A stretch of DNA of 64,000 bases from the NCBI GenBank assembly GCA_964188305.1, contig OZ076890.1; one strand, written 5' to 3'. This DNA is from Podarcis bocagei (taxonomy: Eukaryota). Made by a program: the position numbers and the translations under genes. The notes beneath the pieces were generated by a model that saw only the letters and a program-made list of their open reading frames with translations, had not been told where the DNA came from and ran no database searches. Of the stretch, positions 12,020 to 25,252 are shown in pieces (the stretch's first letter is position 1; each line of letters opens with the position of its first letter).

Positions 12020-12568
12020 ACTTAGCAGATTGCATTTCCCTTTACACAGTGGAAAACTATTTGCAAATTCATGTGATTTTCTTAAGACAATACACAATTC
12101 AATCTGGCTTGTCCAGAATGAAATGTGTTCTAATGTTTTTCTGGTAAGACCCCTTGAATCCCTCCTAAAAGAATAAAGACACCACAGTCTTGTTCATAAG
12201 TAACAAAAAGAAAGTTTACTCACGATCAGGCAGAGCACAGTGTGATCCCTGAAGACAGGCTTTAGGCTTAAAGTTTCAAACATATACATACAGGTTTACC
12301 CCATAAGGGAGATTTACCTAGTGACTGCAGGCTAGCAGTCCAGCAGTTCACAGAATAAAAGGAAGATGGAAAAGAGAGAGAGTGGCAGCATATAGTGGTC
12401 TTTTACCAGGTCTGGAAAGGTCACCCACTAGTCACATGCAATGAAGGATGCTCCAGGCCAGGAGGAACAGGAAGTTTCAACTGGCTGGACCAAACATTTC
12501 TTTGCATGTCCACTCTAGGAAAACAAGGAATGTTGTACTTATCTGCTCTCAGTGGATTATATCCCACA
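12020..12568 (-). mobile_element. LTR-like repeat, homologous to 60208-60803
   Basis: Shared blocks caatctggcttg, taaaagaataaagacac, gatccctgaa, ccactctagg, aaggaatgttgtactt; both end CCCACA. Confidence 0.6.
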
Positions 12569-12720
12569 AGAATTACAATTCCCAACATAGTCTAAGAATT
12601 CATCCCTCTTGCCAGGGAACTCTGGGAACTGCAGCTCTGTGTGGGGAATCCTAGCAACTCTTGGGACCCTTTACAAACTAGGGTTCCCAGTATTCTTTGA
12701 GAGGAAGCCATGACCATTGG

Positions 12721-12886
12721 CAGGGGCAGAGTTTGGTAACCTTTTGTAATATGGCACCCGGTGAGAGCGCAAAATTTTGTGCTCCCCAAATGGATCTTCT
12801 CAGTTATGGATCTTCTTAGTTTGGTGCCCCCTCTGCTCAGTTCCCTATGCGGGGCAACCACCTGCACCACTTTAAATCCGGTGCCA
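12721..12886. mobile_element. Degenerate hAT MITE inserted in an old palindromic repeat
   Basis: Starts CAGGGGC; near-TSD ACCATTGG/AGCATTGG. Confidence 0.55.
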
Positions 12887-15020
12887 AGCATTGGTAGCCA
12901 TGGTATACTGCTTTAAATGTGTATTGCAGATGGGGCCCAGTCCTGCCTCAAAGAGATTTATGTTACACTGGAGAAAACAGAAAGGAAAATGGAAACAAAG
13001 CCCCAAATAATGGGTTGTGTGGCGACTGTGCATCTTTGATTATACTGGGGGAAAGAGCTGCAAAATTGGGCTTTCCTTTCCTTCTTTCTTTCTTTTTTAA
13101 GCCCTTCTGTTTTCATGCTAATGTCTCTAGCATGAGCACAAGAAAGATGGAGCTTCGGAGAGAAACAGCTTCCCAGCAGAATGCGCTCCTTAGGACATTG
13201 GCAGGTGTCTTAATGCTTAGTGTTAACTGAGGAGCTGCTTGGTAATCCTGCTCTATCGAATTGTTTTCTCTAAACCACTTTGAGACTTTGATTAATTCCC
13301 TTTAATAGCACAGGACAACGGTGTCTCTCATTCAAGGCTGGTGGTTAGAATGTTTATTTATCTGGAAGGATCATTTGTAATTGTGTGCCACGGTGGGATT
13401 CCGGTTGACTAAAGAGCGTACAACAGAACCGCTTGGCTTTAAACAGGGGGACACTGGCGTGTCATTCTCTCCCACTGCCCCTATGCAACAACTCTGCAAG
13501 CTGTGGGTCTGTGAGCTGTTGTGATTTGGGGTCTCTCTCATCTTAGCCGTGGGCTTCTGAAAGTCGCTCTTGAAAGCTCCTCTCTTTTTGCGTTAGCAGC
13601 ATGAAAAGCTGACCGCGTATCTTGAAATTGTCTGGGAGACAAAGAGGGTGACAGCTGAGAGGAGCTCTGTGCCTTAGCCCCGACCTGCAGAATTTAGCAA
13701 AGTCGTTTTGCTTTCGAAAGCTATTACATCAAGTCCTGGAAATGTACAGTGAACAAAGGGGAATAAATAAACCGACTTCAATAGCCTTTGATGGCAAGAG
13801 TGTCTGTTCTGGGAGGTTGTATATGGCATGATTTGATGTGTGCGTACGAAAAGGAGTGCCATAGCACTTCAGAGATCGCCTGATTGGCTGAAGCATGAGC
13901 TTTTGTGAGCCAACAGCCTATTTTATCAGCTGGATTGAAAGAGAAGGTGGTAGAAATGTGTTGTGTGTGTACAGTATATACATGCCTGAGAGCACCTGAG
14001 ACTTCAGCTTTGTTGAAGCTAAGAGGGTGACAATCTGATCAGTTCAGAGCTGGGAGATGGTTGGGAACTCCATAAAAAAGCTACTCTGCATTTTCTCTTC
14101 TGTGTGTGGGGGACACACCACAATATATAAAAATAAATAAATATTAGGTGCACTGGAAGATAAATTGAGTTAATAAGAAGATAGCTAGCTGCAATGAGAA
14201 CACAAAGCAACCAATCCTGGAAAGCTCTTTAAAAAAAAACCAGTCACAATACAAGTATCCTACGAAATTTAAATATTTGCAGGAGCATGAAAACATGAAT
14301 ACCAAACAGTTGCTGAATTAAGAAGCGGGGAGAGGCATCCTATTGTCAATGGGGAAAGCAGTTGTGTTCCATTATCAAACAGGCCCATGTGGTGAACTAC
14401 TGGACTGAAAGTTCACAACTCTTCAATGAAGTTGCTTGAGGATCTGGCCTGATTCTGCCCACATAGACTGGCTATGAGATCCTCCGGAACAGGAAGAAGT
14501 GTGTGAGTGTTGAGCTACAGAAGGGGGGCGGGACGACTGAGTGGGTTTGGCTTAGACCTTCCATTCTCTAGGTTTCTCATTGGCTTTGCAAACCCAAAGG
14601 TAGTATAAGATTGGCTGAGATCACAGCTACTTTCACCCTAGCATTTAAATGGCAATGAACTGATATGGCCGGCAGCTGATACAATTTTTCACTTTCTAGT
14701 GTATTGCTCCTACAATGCTGCTGGCTGTCTTCTGTGCAGCTCCAAGGCTTTGTGTCCTTATGTTGAGTCCTGACAGCACTCCTACATTTCCATATTGATT
14801 AGGTAACATGGGCATGAACCCTGATTCTCCCATGTGGGACCATTCTTTTTTTGGTGGGAATAAGGGAACCGTTGCTTCTGATCTTTAGATGCTGATGTAC
14901 AGACATGTGGAGTAAGGAGTGTTTATTAGATTTAATTCATTCATGCTAGATTTAGAATTGCCCTTCTTATAAATGGGTCCCAGGGCATTGTAGGGCAATA
15001 ACAGCAACAATAATAAAATA

Positions 15021-15261
15021 CAGTGGAACCTCGGTTGTCAAATGCTTCAGAAGCCAAAGATTTCAGTTTTCGAACACCGACAACCCAGAGGTGAATGCTT
15101 CCATTTTCGAACGCTCCTCGGAAGTCGAACGGCTTCCGAGGCCCATTTCTCCATTTTTTCAATGGATTTTGCCAATTGGCAATTGCGCCTCAGTTGTCAA
15201 ACATTTTGGAAGTCAAACGGTCTTCTGGAACGGATTACGTTCGACAACCGGGGTTCCACTA
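15021..15261. mobile_element. Tigger-like MITE, family B
   Basis: TIR CAGTGGAACCTCGGTTGTC / GACAACCGGGGTTCCACT; TA on the left. Confidence 0.85.
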
Positions 15262-16721
15262 TGCAATAAAACCAGAATATAAACCACCATGAAACAATGA
15301 AAACAGCTAAACACCAAATGTAACACGTTCAAGATTATTGGGCAAGCAAGGACATCTTAAGAAAAGTTGATAATGTCAGTGGCAGTCAGTCTTTTTTAGG
15401 GAGGTCTTCCAAAGTTGGAGAGCTGCCATAGGAAAGGTCATGTTGATCACTACAGCGATGCCAGGGGGAAGAACTTTTGGTTCACCCTGGGAATAGTAAT
15501 GTCTGAAGCCACCCTCAGGACAGGCAACCAGTATGTTTTAGCTTCATAGGCTGCAAATTTCTGTGGCGCTTTACCTTGTGCAGCTGAAAACAGAACTCCA
15601 ATATCTTGTCTCTGTCCTGTTGTTTTCTTATCACTTTGAGTTGTGGATATACCAGATATAAATGAAATTATAAACACTGAACTAGCTATATTTGTGTGTG
15701 GTGGTGGCCTTCAGGGGACTGTGCTGTTTTTAAAAAGCTTTTTATGTCTGAATCACAGCCAGGACACCAGCTTGCGCTCATTTATTCAATTTTCAACCCT
15801 TCCCCATTGGCAAGAGTTATTTTTAGAAAATGCTGATTGAACTTCAGAGGCACAAAACTGTTTTCTTTTGTAAGTTTTATCATGCCTGTGTTTCTAATGG
15901 GCAGCTAGGAGCCTCAAATAAAATGGATGCAGGCAGCGGGTATGTGATTTGGGAGGGGGGACGAGTTGAGGGGTGCAGCTATGTATTTAGTTTTATGTGG
16001 TGGGAGGGAGCAGTGTAAACTCAAATGCAAGCGATATTATGGGTTTCCCTACAGGGCTAGAAATTCTCAGCTAACACCTTCTGTTCCCCAGCAAACAGCT
16101 GAGATTCTGTAGGTCTGGGCTCCTAATAGGAATGTCTTTGTTTGCTTTCTGAAAGGCATTGTCTGCCTTTTATAATATAGACATATTAGTCTGCCTGTTC
16201 ATGTGGCTTAACAAAGCCTGGTAAATAGGTTTCCTTTAACATACGCCTTTATTGGAACTGGGCAAAGCATTCTTGCAGCAACGGGAAACTGCAGAGAACT
16301 CTCTCAGCAATTGTCTAGAGAGAAACTCATCTAAGGGACTGGTCTTTTCCTCTCCATTGGGTTTTTGAAATACCAAATAGTAAATATCATCCCCAGAAAA
16401 GCTGCTTTTCCGCATTTGTCACTAGACATTTCTCCCTCCCCACAAGCTGTCTGCAGCTGAAAGGAAAGGGTTGTGATTTATTACCTGTTAAAACAACAAC
16501 AACACTGAAATGAATCTCCACCATCCCAGTGAGAGTCTTGTCATTGCTTCCAGTTTATCTGTTATTCGTGATGGCTATTTTTAACCCCCCCCCCCCCCGC
16601 TTTTAATGGTTTTCATGTGTGATGCTGTATCAACCAAATACACTGTGTGTCAGGGTCATATTTAAATAATTATGGCTGGTATTAAACTAAGTTTTATACA
16701 GAGGAAACCTATTGGACTGAA

Positions 16722-17667
16722 TCTTCTACTTCTTTGGCGATCACTTGTAGCTGAGTAAGATGGTCTTCTGTGAACATGGTCTTAACAGTGAGTCCGTAAG
16801 TGATTGTGGAGGCCAATTCTGGATCCACACGTCCTTCCACAGTGGAGACATGGGTTTCCGAGTGGGAGTTGATCACAGTGAGGGCTTGCCAAGCATGCCT
16901 TCTTCTTAGTGTGTTTCTCGCTTTCGTCCTGAGTTCAGGCGTCTTCAAAACCCATGACACCTTTGGTAAAGGCTGTTCTCCAATTGGAGTGTTTGCAGGC
17001 CAGTGTTTCCCAGTTGTCAGTGTTTAGGCTACATTTCTTCTGATTTGTCTTGAGAGAATCTTTAAACATCTTATGTTGACTACCACCATTACACTTTCCA
17101 TTTTTAAGTTCAGAATAGAGTAGTTGCTTTGGAAGATGATAATCAGGCATCTGCACAACATGACCACTCCAACGAAGTTGATGTTGAAGAATCATTGCTT
17201 CGACACTGGTGATCTTTGCTTCTTCCAGTACACTGGCATTAGTTCACCTGTCTTCCCAAGTGATGTGTAAAATTTTTTGAAGACACCATTGATGGAATCT
17301 TTCAAGGAGTTGAAGATGGTGTTTATAAGTGGTCCATGTTTCACAAGTGTACAGTAAGGTTTGTAGTACAATAGCTTTGTGTGGTGTAGTGGTTAAGAGC
17401 GGTAGTCGCGTAATCTGGGAAACCGGGTTCGTGTCTCCGCTCCTCCACATGCAGCTGCTGGGTGACCTTGGGCCAGTCACACTTCTGTGAAGTCTCTCAG
17501 CCCCACTCACCTCACAGAGTGTTTGTTGTGGGGGAGGAAGGGAAAGGAGAATGTTAGCCGCTTTGAGACTCCTGAAGGGGAGTGAAAGGCGGGATATCAA
17601 ATCCAAACTCTTCTTCTTCTTTGTAAACAAGCATTTTGGTTTCCCTGTGAATGTCCTGGTCCTCACA
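16722..17667 (-). mobile_element. RTE-clade LINE 3' fragment with a nested SINE
   Basis: Translations LLYTCETWT, LERFHQWCLQKIL, QLRWSGHVVQMPD..LPKQLLYSEL are typical of the RTE ORF C-terminus; frameshifted. Confidence 0.9.
17381..17618 (+). mobile_element. Young Squam3-type SINE
   Basis: A-box TGGTGTAGTGG, B-box GGTTCGTGTC, (TCT)n tail, TSD CTTTGT within the RTE. Confidence 0.9.
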
Positions 17668-19506
17668 AGGGCCTAACATGACTAAGTTCAGTAATTTCAG
17701 TCTGCTCTGACTCAAACTTAATTGAATACCATCCTATGAGCACTTGACTGAGACATTATGTTGCCAGAGGTGAGGGACAAGGTGAGACCCCTCCCTGTTC
17801 CACATCAGGAAGCCAGGTGAAGTCTCCTCCACCACACCTGAGGCAGCTGACTAGTTTAGAAAGCCAAGGACAGGCCATGGGCTTACATAGCTCTGTAGTT
17901 TAACAGAGGTGAATGGCTTTGGAGGAACAGCTAGGAACTGGTACAATTGCCCCCAGCCCCATCAGCTGCCTGAAGAACTCACCTCACTCTGTCTAATGAT
18001 AGGAATGGCTTTGCCCTCCCCCCCACAAAAGAAAGTTCATATAGATTTATATAAAATGGCCAGTTTTTAGTATTCATCTTTTAGTGGTGGTAGGGTAGGA
18101 GTCATCTTTTTTATTTGTTTGATGGATGAAAACTTTCATCATTCTTACATTTTACTTTGTGTTTTGGATTTTAAGCACCTGACAAATTCTGTATTTAAAA
18201 ATGTTGTAAGTTGCTTTGAGGTGTTTCATGAGAAGCCATGAACAAATATAAGACAGCAACAGGGTTAATTTATGTAAACAACATGAATCAATCAATTGGA
18301 GCACAATTAATTAATTAATCAATTGGACCAAATTTGATTGACTGAGTCCTGTCGGCAGGAAATATGGGGTAATAATAATAATAGATTGATCAAAACAAAA
18401 GAGTTATAGCAACATGGCAGAGATCAGAAAGAAGCAACACACAATGTGAACATTGCAAATTTGCACTCTTAAGGTTTAGCATGCCCAGATTTCCAAATAG
18501 GAGAGGTGCTTACAATCTGTTGTTCTCCTTGAACCGCGAAGCCTGCAAACTGTTTCAGTATCCCTAGAATATAAACAAGTCTGCTCTTTTGTAATTTATG
18601 TATGTGGTCATGTGTCTGGGTGTCAAGTGAGATATAAATGATCAGGATCTGAGGATAAGAGAAGATTAGATAAGGGAGGACGTGCTAGATAAAATTAGAG
18701 GCTGAAAATGAGATTATAGAAGATAAAGCAGGAACAGTTTATCATGAAGAATAATCGCCATAGCTCCCTAGTCCAAGGGATTTAGGTGAATGGCAGAGGG
18801 TTTGTAAAGAAGAAATACACAGAGTGAGTGTTTTAACAGTACTTTTTCAATCTTAATATGTAAATGTATGATACAGTAGCCAAAATCTACAAATAAAGTT
18901 AAATTAGCAAACTGCCATAAACAATAGTTGCGGTTATACATGTTCAAAGATCTAAAATGAAGTTTTTGCATCTATAATTCAGGAATAGTTAATCCTTCCT
19001 TTTCATTTACATTTTGATTCCATCCTATCCTAAGAATAAGAATTTGCCTATAAAAACAAGGCTGGGAACTTCTACCTGTCAAGTAAATCTATGCTTTGCT
19101 GCATGTAGCCCATGATGCATAGGATCAGGTGTCAGGCTTCCCACAGGATATAGTATCTCCTTAAGGTTTGCAAGCAGCTATTCCCCTCTCTTGATTTACT
19201 CAGGAATAATTAGGCATGCTCTCTTATCGACTAGCCCCGCCCCCTACAAAACAAACAAAAAACAAACAAACCCATTTTACAGCATCTATAAAAAAGCACA
19301 CTTATATAGAAAAGTATTTATCGTGGCTTTGATTTTTACATAGAACTTATTCCCAGAGTATTCTGAGAAGAGAGATTGATAATTAAACCACTGTGAGAAT
19401 TGTAGCTCTCAGAGAAAAGCAGGAGTCTACAAATAACTCTCAGCACCCTTAACAAACTACAGTTCCTAGGATTCCTTGGCGGAAACCATGACTATGTTGT
19501 AAATAT

Positions 19507-20005
19507 TACTCCACATTTAGTATGGAGATTAGCCCTGTTTTAGCTCTTAAAAGGGGGGAGGGTGTACCTTTGGGGACAATCAACAGCGATTTCAGGAAAG
19601 AGTTCTGCACCACTTCTAAGGGGAGGACATTACTATATCCCCAAATCTCTGCACAGTACAATACTTGTGACACAATCTTCTTTTGAAATACCTCAACTGT
19701 GGGGGCAACTAAACTCATCCCCCCCCCAATCTCTGGAAACCCATTATAAAGAATGAGTAGAGTGAGAGAATTTCAATTTAGCTGCGAGGAGGTGTGGCTT
19801 CCAGGACAGTTTTGACTTAAAGCCCAAGCCCTGGTACTTATAATAGCATTGTTGTTCAATAAGTTTATTGTGCAAGCTCCATCTGTGAGATTTTCTCTTC
19901 TTCCCCAAAATCACCACTTCAGTTTTAGAATGGTTGACTGTTAACTGCTCCTTTGTGCAAAAGACATTCACCTTCCTCAAAAGTCTCCGCATCCACATTT
20001 AGTAT
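19507..20005 (-). mobile_element. Degenerate LINE reverse-transcriptase fragment (possibly RTE-X-like)
   Basis: ORFs containing VNHSKTEVVI, YKYQG, LSWKPH, VLYCAEIWG, QNSFLKSLL. Confidence 0.75.
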
Positions 20006-21386
20006 GCTGTTTTTGTGATATACAAATGGCACGAGAAAACTTGGCATACTTATTTGTATAACATTATTCTTGTTTATAAAACCCAATTTAAAAAATAATA
20101 ATTGTACAATAGTGCTTTAAATGTAGCCAAAGACAGAGATAGACTGGAGGGAGGCACGAGGGGTGGCCTGTCCTGTATACCACCTGAGGCGGGAAGCTGC
20201 CCCTGCCAAAGTCTTACTTACTTGTGAGATCTCACCAAAAGAAACTGCCACTGTGCAACTCCAGCAGCACTAGGGGTGGGCAGGGCACCCGTGGGTTTCT
20301 TGTACCCGAGGCAGCTGCCGGGAGGCACATAGCTGCTGCTGCTGCTTTTCCATATAATATCAGCTCAGAATCTTTGGATAGCTGAATTACCTCAGAAATG
20401 AATTTCAATTTAAGCTTCAAGGTGGCGGTGCAGTTCAACCTTTTCCAAAGGTAGTGGTGCAAATTATGCTATATAAAGCCCCCTTTTAAGAAGAGGGATT
20501 CATCTCTGTCTCTCAATTTCAATCCTTTAAGGAACACATGCCGTCCACAATATCTCCTCCACCACCTCGGGTGAAGCAGATTACATCTCGCCCATTGCTC
20601 CTCCATTGACATTGGGAGATATCCTCTTCCTCCGTGTGAGCTTGTTCTCTAAGATCGGAAGATGGAGAGGTACTTGGCAGCAGCTGTTAACCCACCTGCA
20701 GTGACAGCTTCTGTTTCATTTCATCTGCCGAATTCTCGAGCCACCAGACTAATGTTTGCTTGTTCACAATTAAAGGCACCACATGGTCTCCCGAGATCTG
20801 CGGAGAAAGGAATGTCAGAGCTTTTCAGCAGGAAGACCAAGCAATGTTGCTCGTTCAAATATTGGAACGGCGTTTAGCCTCTGTATGTCCTGGAATGCTG
20901 AGTTGGCTAATTGTGGGACAGCACTAATAACCCTTTGGCTTGGTGTATGAGGATCCACACAATAGTGACACTGGCTTCCCTGCCAGCAGAGCTGAGCAAC
21001 ATATGAGTCTATAACTCCTTTCTTGAGCATTCTCAGTGAAAGCTATCGTTGTAAATTGCTACTTAGAAGTATTTTTTAAAAAGGGAGATTAACTTTAAAA
21101 CACACTCAGGAATGGCAACCATTTAAATTGTAACACGAATCATCATCATCATGCCATTCAGGCATCATTATATAATCTGAGGAAATAAGTGAGAACTGCA
21201 AAGTAGAACAAGAGCAAGGAAAAATGAAGAAAAAAACCAAAACATGTAACCCTCAGGTTTTCAGATGTTTCCCCTCCACCTGAAGCTGAGAAGCACAGAG
21301 ACTTCCCACCTGGCTATGAGAGAAAGTGTCTTATTTCATTTGCACAAAAGTGTAGGTAAGGTAAGAGGCAGGGGCAGAAATGTGTA

Positions 21387-21594
21387 CAGTTGTACCTTGG
21401 ATCCCGAACGCCTTGGTACTCAGACATTTTGGCTCCCAAATGCTGCAAACCTGGAAGTGAGTGTTTTGGTTTGCAAACGTTCTTTGGAACCCGAATTCCT
21501 GCAGCCAATCAGAAGCTGTGCTTTGGTTTCCGAACGTTTTGGAAGTCAAATGGACTTCCGGAATGGATTCTGTTTGACTTCCAACTTACGACTG
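21387..21594. mobile_element. Tigger-like MITE related to family B
   Basis: TA-CAGTTGTACCTTGG...CCAACTTACGACTG-TA; shares ttttggaagtcaaa with the 15021 copy. Confidence 0.8.
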
Positions 21595-23343
21595 TATTCT
21601 GTTTCTTTTCTTATTCAAGCCTTGACTCAGCTGAGAAAAATCCCCACCTCCACTAGGTAGTGCTCTGGTAGTTCAATGCCTTCCACAGAGATGCTCACCT
21701 GGTGGCACCCTGTGAGGACCTTTTTAGTCTCTTGGGGGTCTTTAGAATTCCTTAGATCTTTTCAGCAGCGGTTATCCTATGTTGCTCATTTTATTCTGTT
21801 TTTATTTTGTACTGTTTTTTTAGCCTGCTTTAGAGTGAAGGTACTGTTCCATTTTACAATTTTAACTTTTATTGCGAACTTCCTAGAGAGCCTAAAAAAG
21901 CACAGTGGGTAAATGAAAAAAGGGAAATAGGATAATCTTCAGACTCACATCCACCTGCAGTAGATATCAATTATAAGAAGAAAGAGGAAATGTATCAGAG
22001 GCGATGATGCAAATAAATATTTATGGGTCAGTTTGACAGGTGGCACCCAGGCGATAATCGGTCATGCTTTCAACCAAATGTGGTAATGTTATGTGTGACC
22101 ACTTGCTAAGCTAAGGCGATACTGACAGGAAAGTTCATTCACTGCATACAATGTGAGTTCAGTGTTTAATTGTGTGTAGCAATCTAAGGAAATCAACATT
22201 AACATTTTCCACAAATGCCAGCAGTGGAGATATTTCCTGAATCTAAAGTCGAGGTGTAATGGAAAAGCTGAGGTCAGAGTGTTAACTGAGAGTTGAGTTC
22301 AGTCCCTTGTGAAACCTCTGCCTTTTGTGGGGACTGACATGGTTCTGGGATCACTCATACCACAACCAGTGGGAAAACTCCTATACCAGTCTAAAATGTC
22401 ACATAGTCATTCTGAATGGCTCTGAACTGAAGCTCGCTTTCCCCCATGGTATTCCCAACTCAAATGGCAAATGCTGCAATGAAATATGCTCTGAATGAGC
22501 AGAAAGCACTTGCAGTGTAATTTTACTTGTGATAAATGGCAAAGGCTATCAGTTCTTTGGCTTCAAGGCAAAGGCTAAGCCTCCAGTGAGCCTTTAGAAT
22601 GAAATGTTTCTGATAGCATGCTGCATTGTGGAATTTTAGGCTAATATGGAAGGTTTTAGATAGCCTGGCATTGATCTGTGTGTAGCTGTGTTCACCCATT
22701 CCTTTCTCTACACCTAGGAGGATAGGAACCCACAGCGCTTAGAAGATTTGCATCAAAGCTTGCAGCATGCAGGCTACTTCACAATACAGTGCCTGTTCTC
22801 CTCTGCATTGGACTCATTGCCAAAATTTAGTGGAGAATTTGTGTTTTCTGGGGAAGGTAACAGCACCCAAAAGCAAAGGAAGCAAAAGGAAAGGCAAAGC
22901 CTCAAAGTGGTACTAGAAAAAAATATTTTTATCAAATAATAATAGTCCTAATTAAAAATAAAATAAAATATCCAGAATGTTTCAGTTGATGACAAACCTC
23001 CCCAGGGACACAAGACTAACGTCCTCCTGCTGAAGAAACATAAATGTTTATTAAGACTCTAGGGCTGTTGTTATTTGATAAAGAGATTTTTCCCACTCAG
23101 TACCAGCTGGAGATTTTGCCTCTTCCTTTGCTGCCAGAAGGGCTAAGCAGCAAAGAGCCAAAGCAAGATTTATTGTGAAATATACCACGATTTCAAATGA
23201 TTGCTCTCAAGGTTGCACTGCCTAACATCCCAAGGACCATCAGCTCTCCAGGTGGTCTCTTATTTTCTGAGATGCTCCGGTGGGGCCTTGCTCAGGAGGT
23301 CTGGTTACCCTATTTCATCATAGGTTACTTCTTTATGTAAGGA

Positions 23344-23464
23344 CAAGCATAGGCAAAGTCCGGCCCTCCAGATGTTTGGGACTACAATTCCCATCATCCC
23401 TGACCACTGGTCCTGTTAGCTAGCGATGATGGGAATTGTAGTCCCAAACACCTGCCTATGCCTG
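23344..23464. mobile_element. Palindromic hAT MITE
   Basis: TIR CA(A/G)GCATAGGCA / TGCCTATGCCTG; perfect 8-bp TSD TGTAAGGA. Confidence 0.9.
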
Positions 23465-25217
23465 TGTAAGGATACAGTTTTTCCCCCTATGTTCTACCCT
23501 TCCTCCTCCGCCTTTGTCTTCTCTTCTTCCCACTGGGCTGCATTTTATTGTGAGGCTGTGCATGTATTACCTCCTTAAGTTAATTGCCCTCATGCAATCT
23601 ACTTCCAGTGTGGATGTCTCCATGTCCGGTCAGACCAGATGGGACATTGCATGGAAGCAGTTCACACAAGTTGCATTCCCCCCACAATAGCATTCAGATT
23701 AACAATTATTTAGATTGCTCTTAACAAAAAATTCAAGTTTCCAAGATAGCCATGGGAAATGAAAAGGTGTTATTTGCAGCCTTGGTAACCAAACAAACTG
23801 ATGGACTGGATGATGCCAATAAATCTGGTGGTTCAGAATAATTCTGAATTAGACAGGATTTCCCATTCATATTAAGGAAATAATATAACATATTGTTGTG
23901 ATATTACAATAAAATGGTGGAGTGTGAGATCATAAACAGGGGTGCCCTAGAATTATGTTTTGTCTACATTTTCAAGCAAACTGTCCAAATTCAGCCTAAT
24001 ATGTGATACGTGGATTAGAATGCAGCTATTCTTTGGTTTTTACCTGTCTTTGAATTTCACTATACAGTTCTTGGCTCAAAAACATACCCAAGTGCATATG
24101 AAAATGTGCATTTTAGGTGAAAATTCTTACAGAAATGCCCATTTTGTAGCTTAAAATGTGCTCGAAATGTAAAGAGAATTTGTGTTTTCTGGGGAAACAC
24201 TCCATTGTCTCTCGAGATTGACGGATGTCAACAAGTGGCTGGAGATATCAGATTTATGGGCAAGAGTTGCATGCAAGAGATCCAAGGCTCAGTTCCTGAC
24301 CTCTCTAGGTACAGCCAGGAAAGACTCCTGTTGGGGGGGGAGGGGGGAAAAACTTGGAGAAGTCCCACCAACAGTGTAGACAATACACATCACATCTCTG
24401 ATTTGGTATAAGGCAAAGATTCCTAGATTCGAAAGAGGCTGTTTCTAAGGGATGCCAGCCAGCTAGGATATTGTAGGTTAAAACTGGTATAGTCTTGAGA
24501 TAGGTTATGTATAATGGTTTGTTATTTCCTTGAAATGTTATGAAGGAATTCATTTCAGTCAATTGCTAAAGGCTGTGTTCAAAGTTTTCTTTGTAAACAG
24601 GCAACCCCTTGGGGACTGTGGCTTGCTGTTGCGAAGGAATGCCTGCACAACGGTAGCAGGAGGAGACTCTATAAAATTACATATGTTAGATGTTCATTTT
24701 CTCTCTAGCAGTTGGCTACGGGGAAGGCTACAAAGATGTCTATGAGGGAACATTAACAGCTGCTCATTTCTCTCAGTGGACAAACAGATTAAGATGAATT
24801 CCTCCGGCACCCTTAATGAGTATATGTAAAAGAATGAGTTTCAGGAAATGGCAGCATCTGTCATAGTTGATGCATTACAGAGAACCTCCACATTCAAATT
24901 AGAGTTGAATAGTTGAATTTTAATCAGGGTTTTCCTCCACCAGTGTACGTTATGCATGCACAAAAAGACCACAAATCCATTCGAACCTTGATATGGCTTG
25001 TTTTTAAGGCTCCCTCATGTCAGTTATCAAACTCCTTCATGACATTTAGAAAGCTCATTCTTCTGTGCATTTGTTCTCCAAGATGTCAACAAATATAAAG
25101 CTAGCTTGGGATTTAAAAGAAAAGTTTTGGGGGCAATCCAGTGTGTGTAAAAGCAGATGAAGCCACCATTTATGGACTAATGTATGTGTGTACTTTATAG
25201 GATATATACATAGACAT

Positions 25218-25249
<32 letters not shown>
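25218..25249. repeat. (CA)n microsatellite
   Basis: Direct reading. Confidence 0.95.
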
Positions 25250-25252
<3 letters not shown>

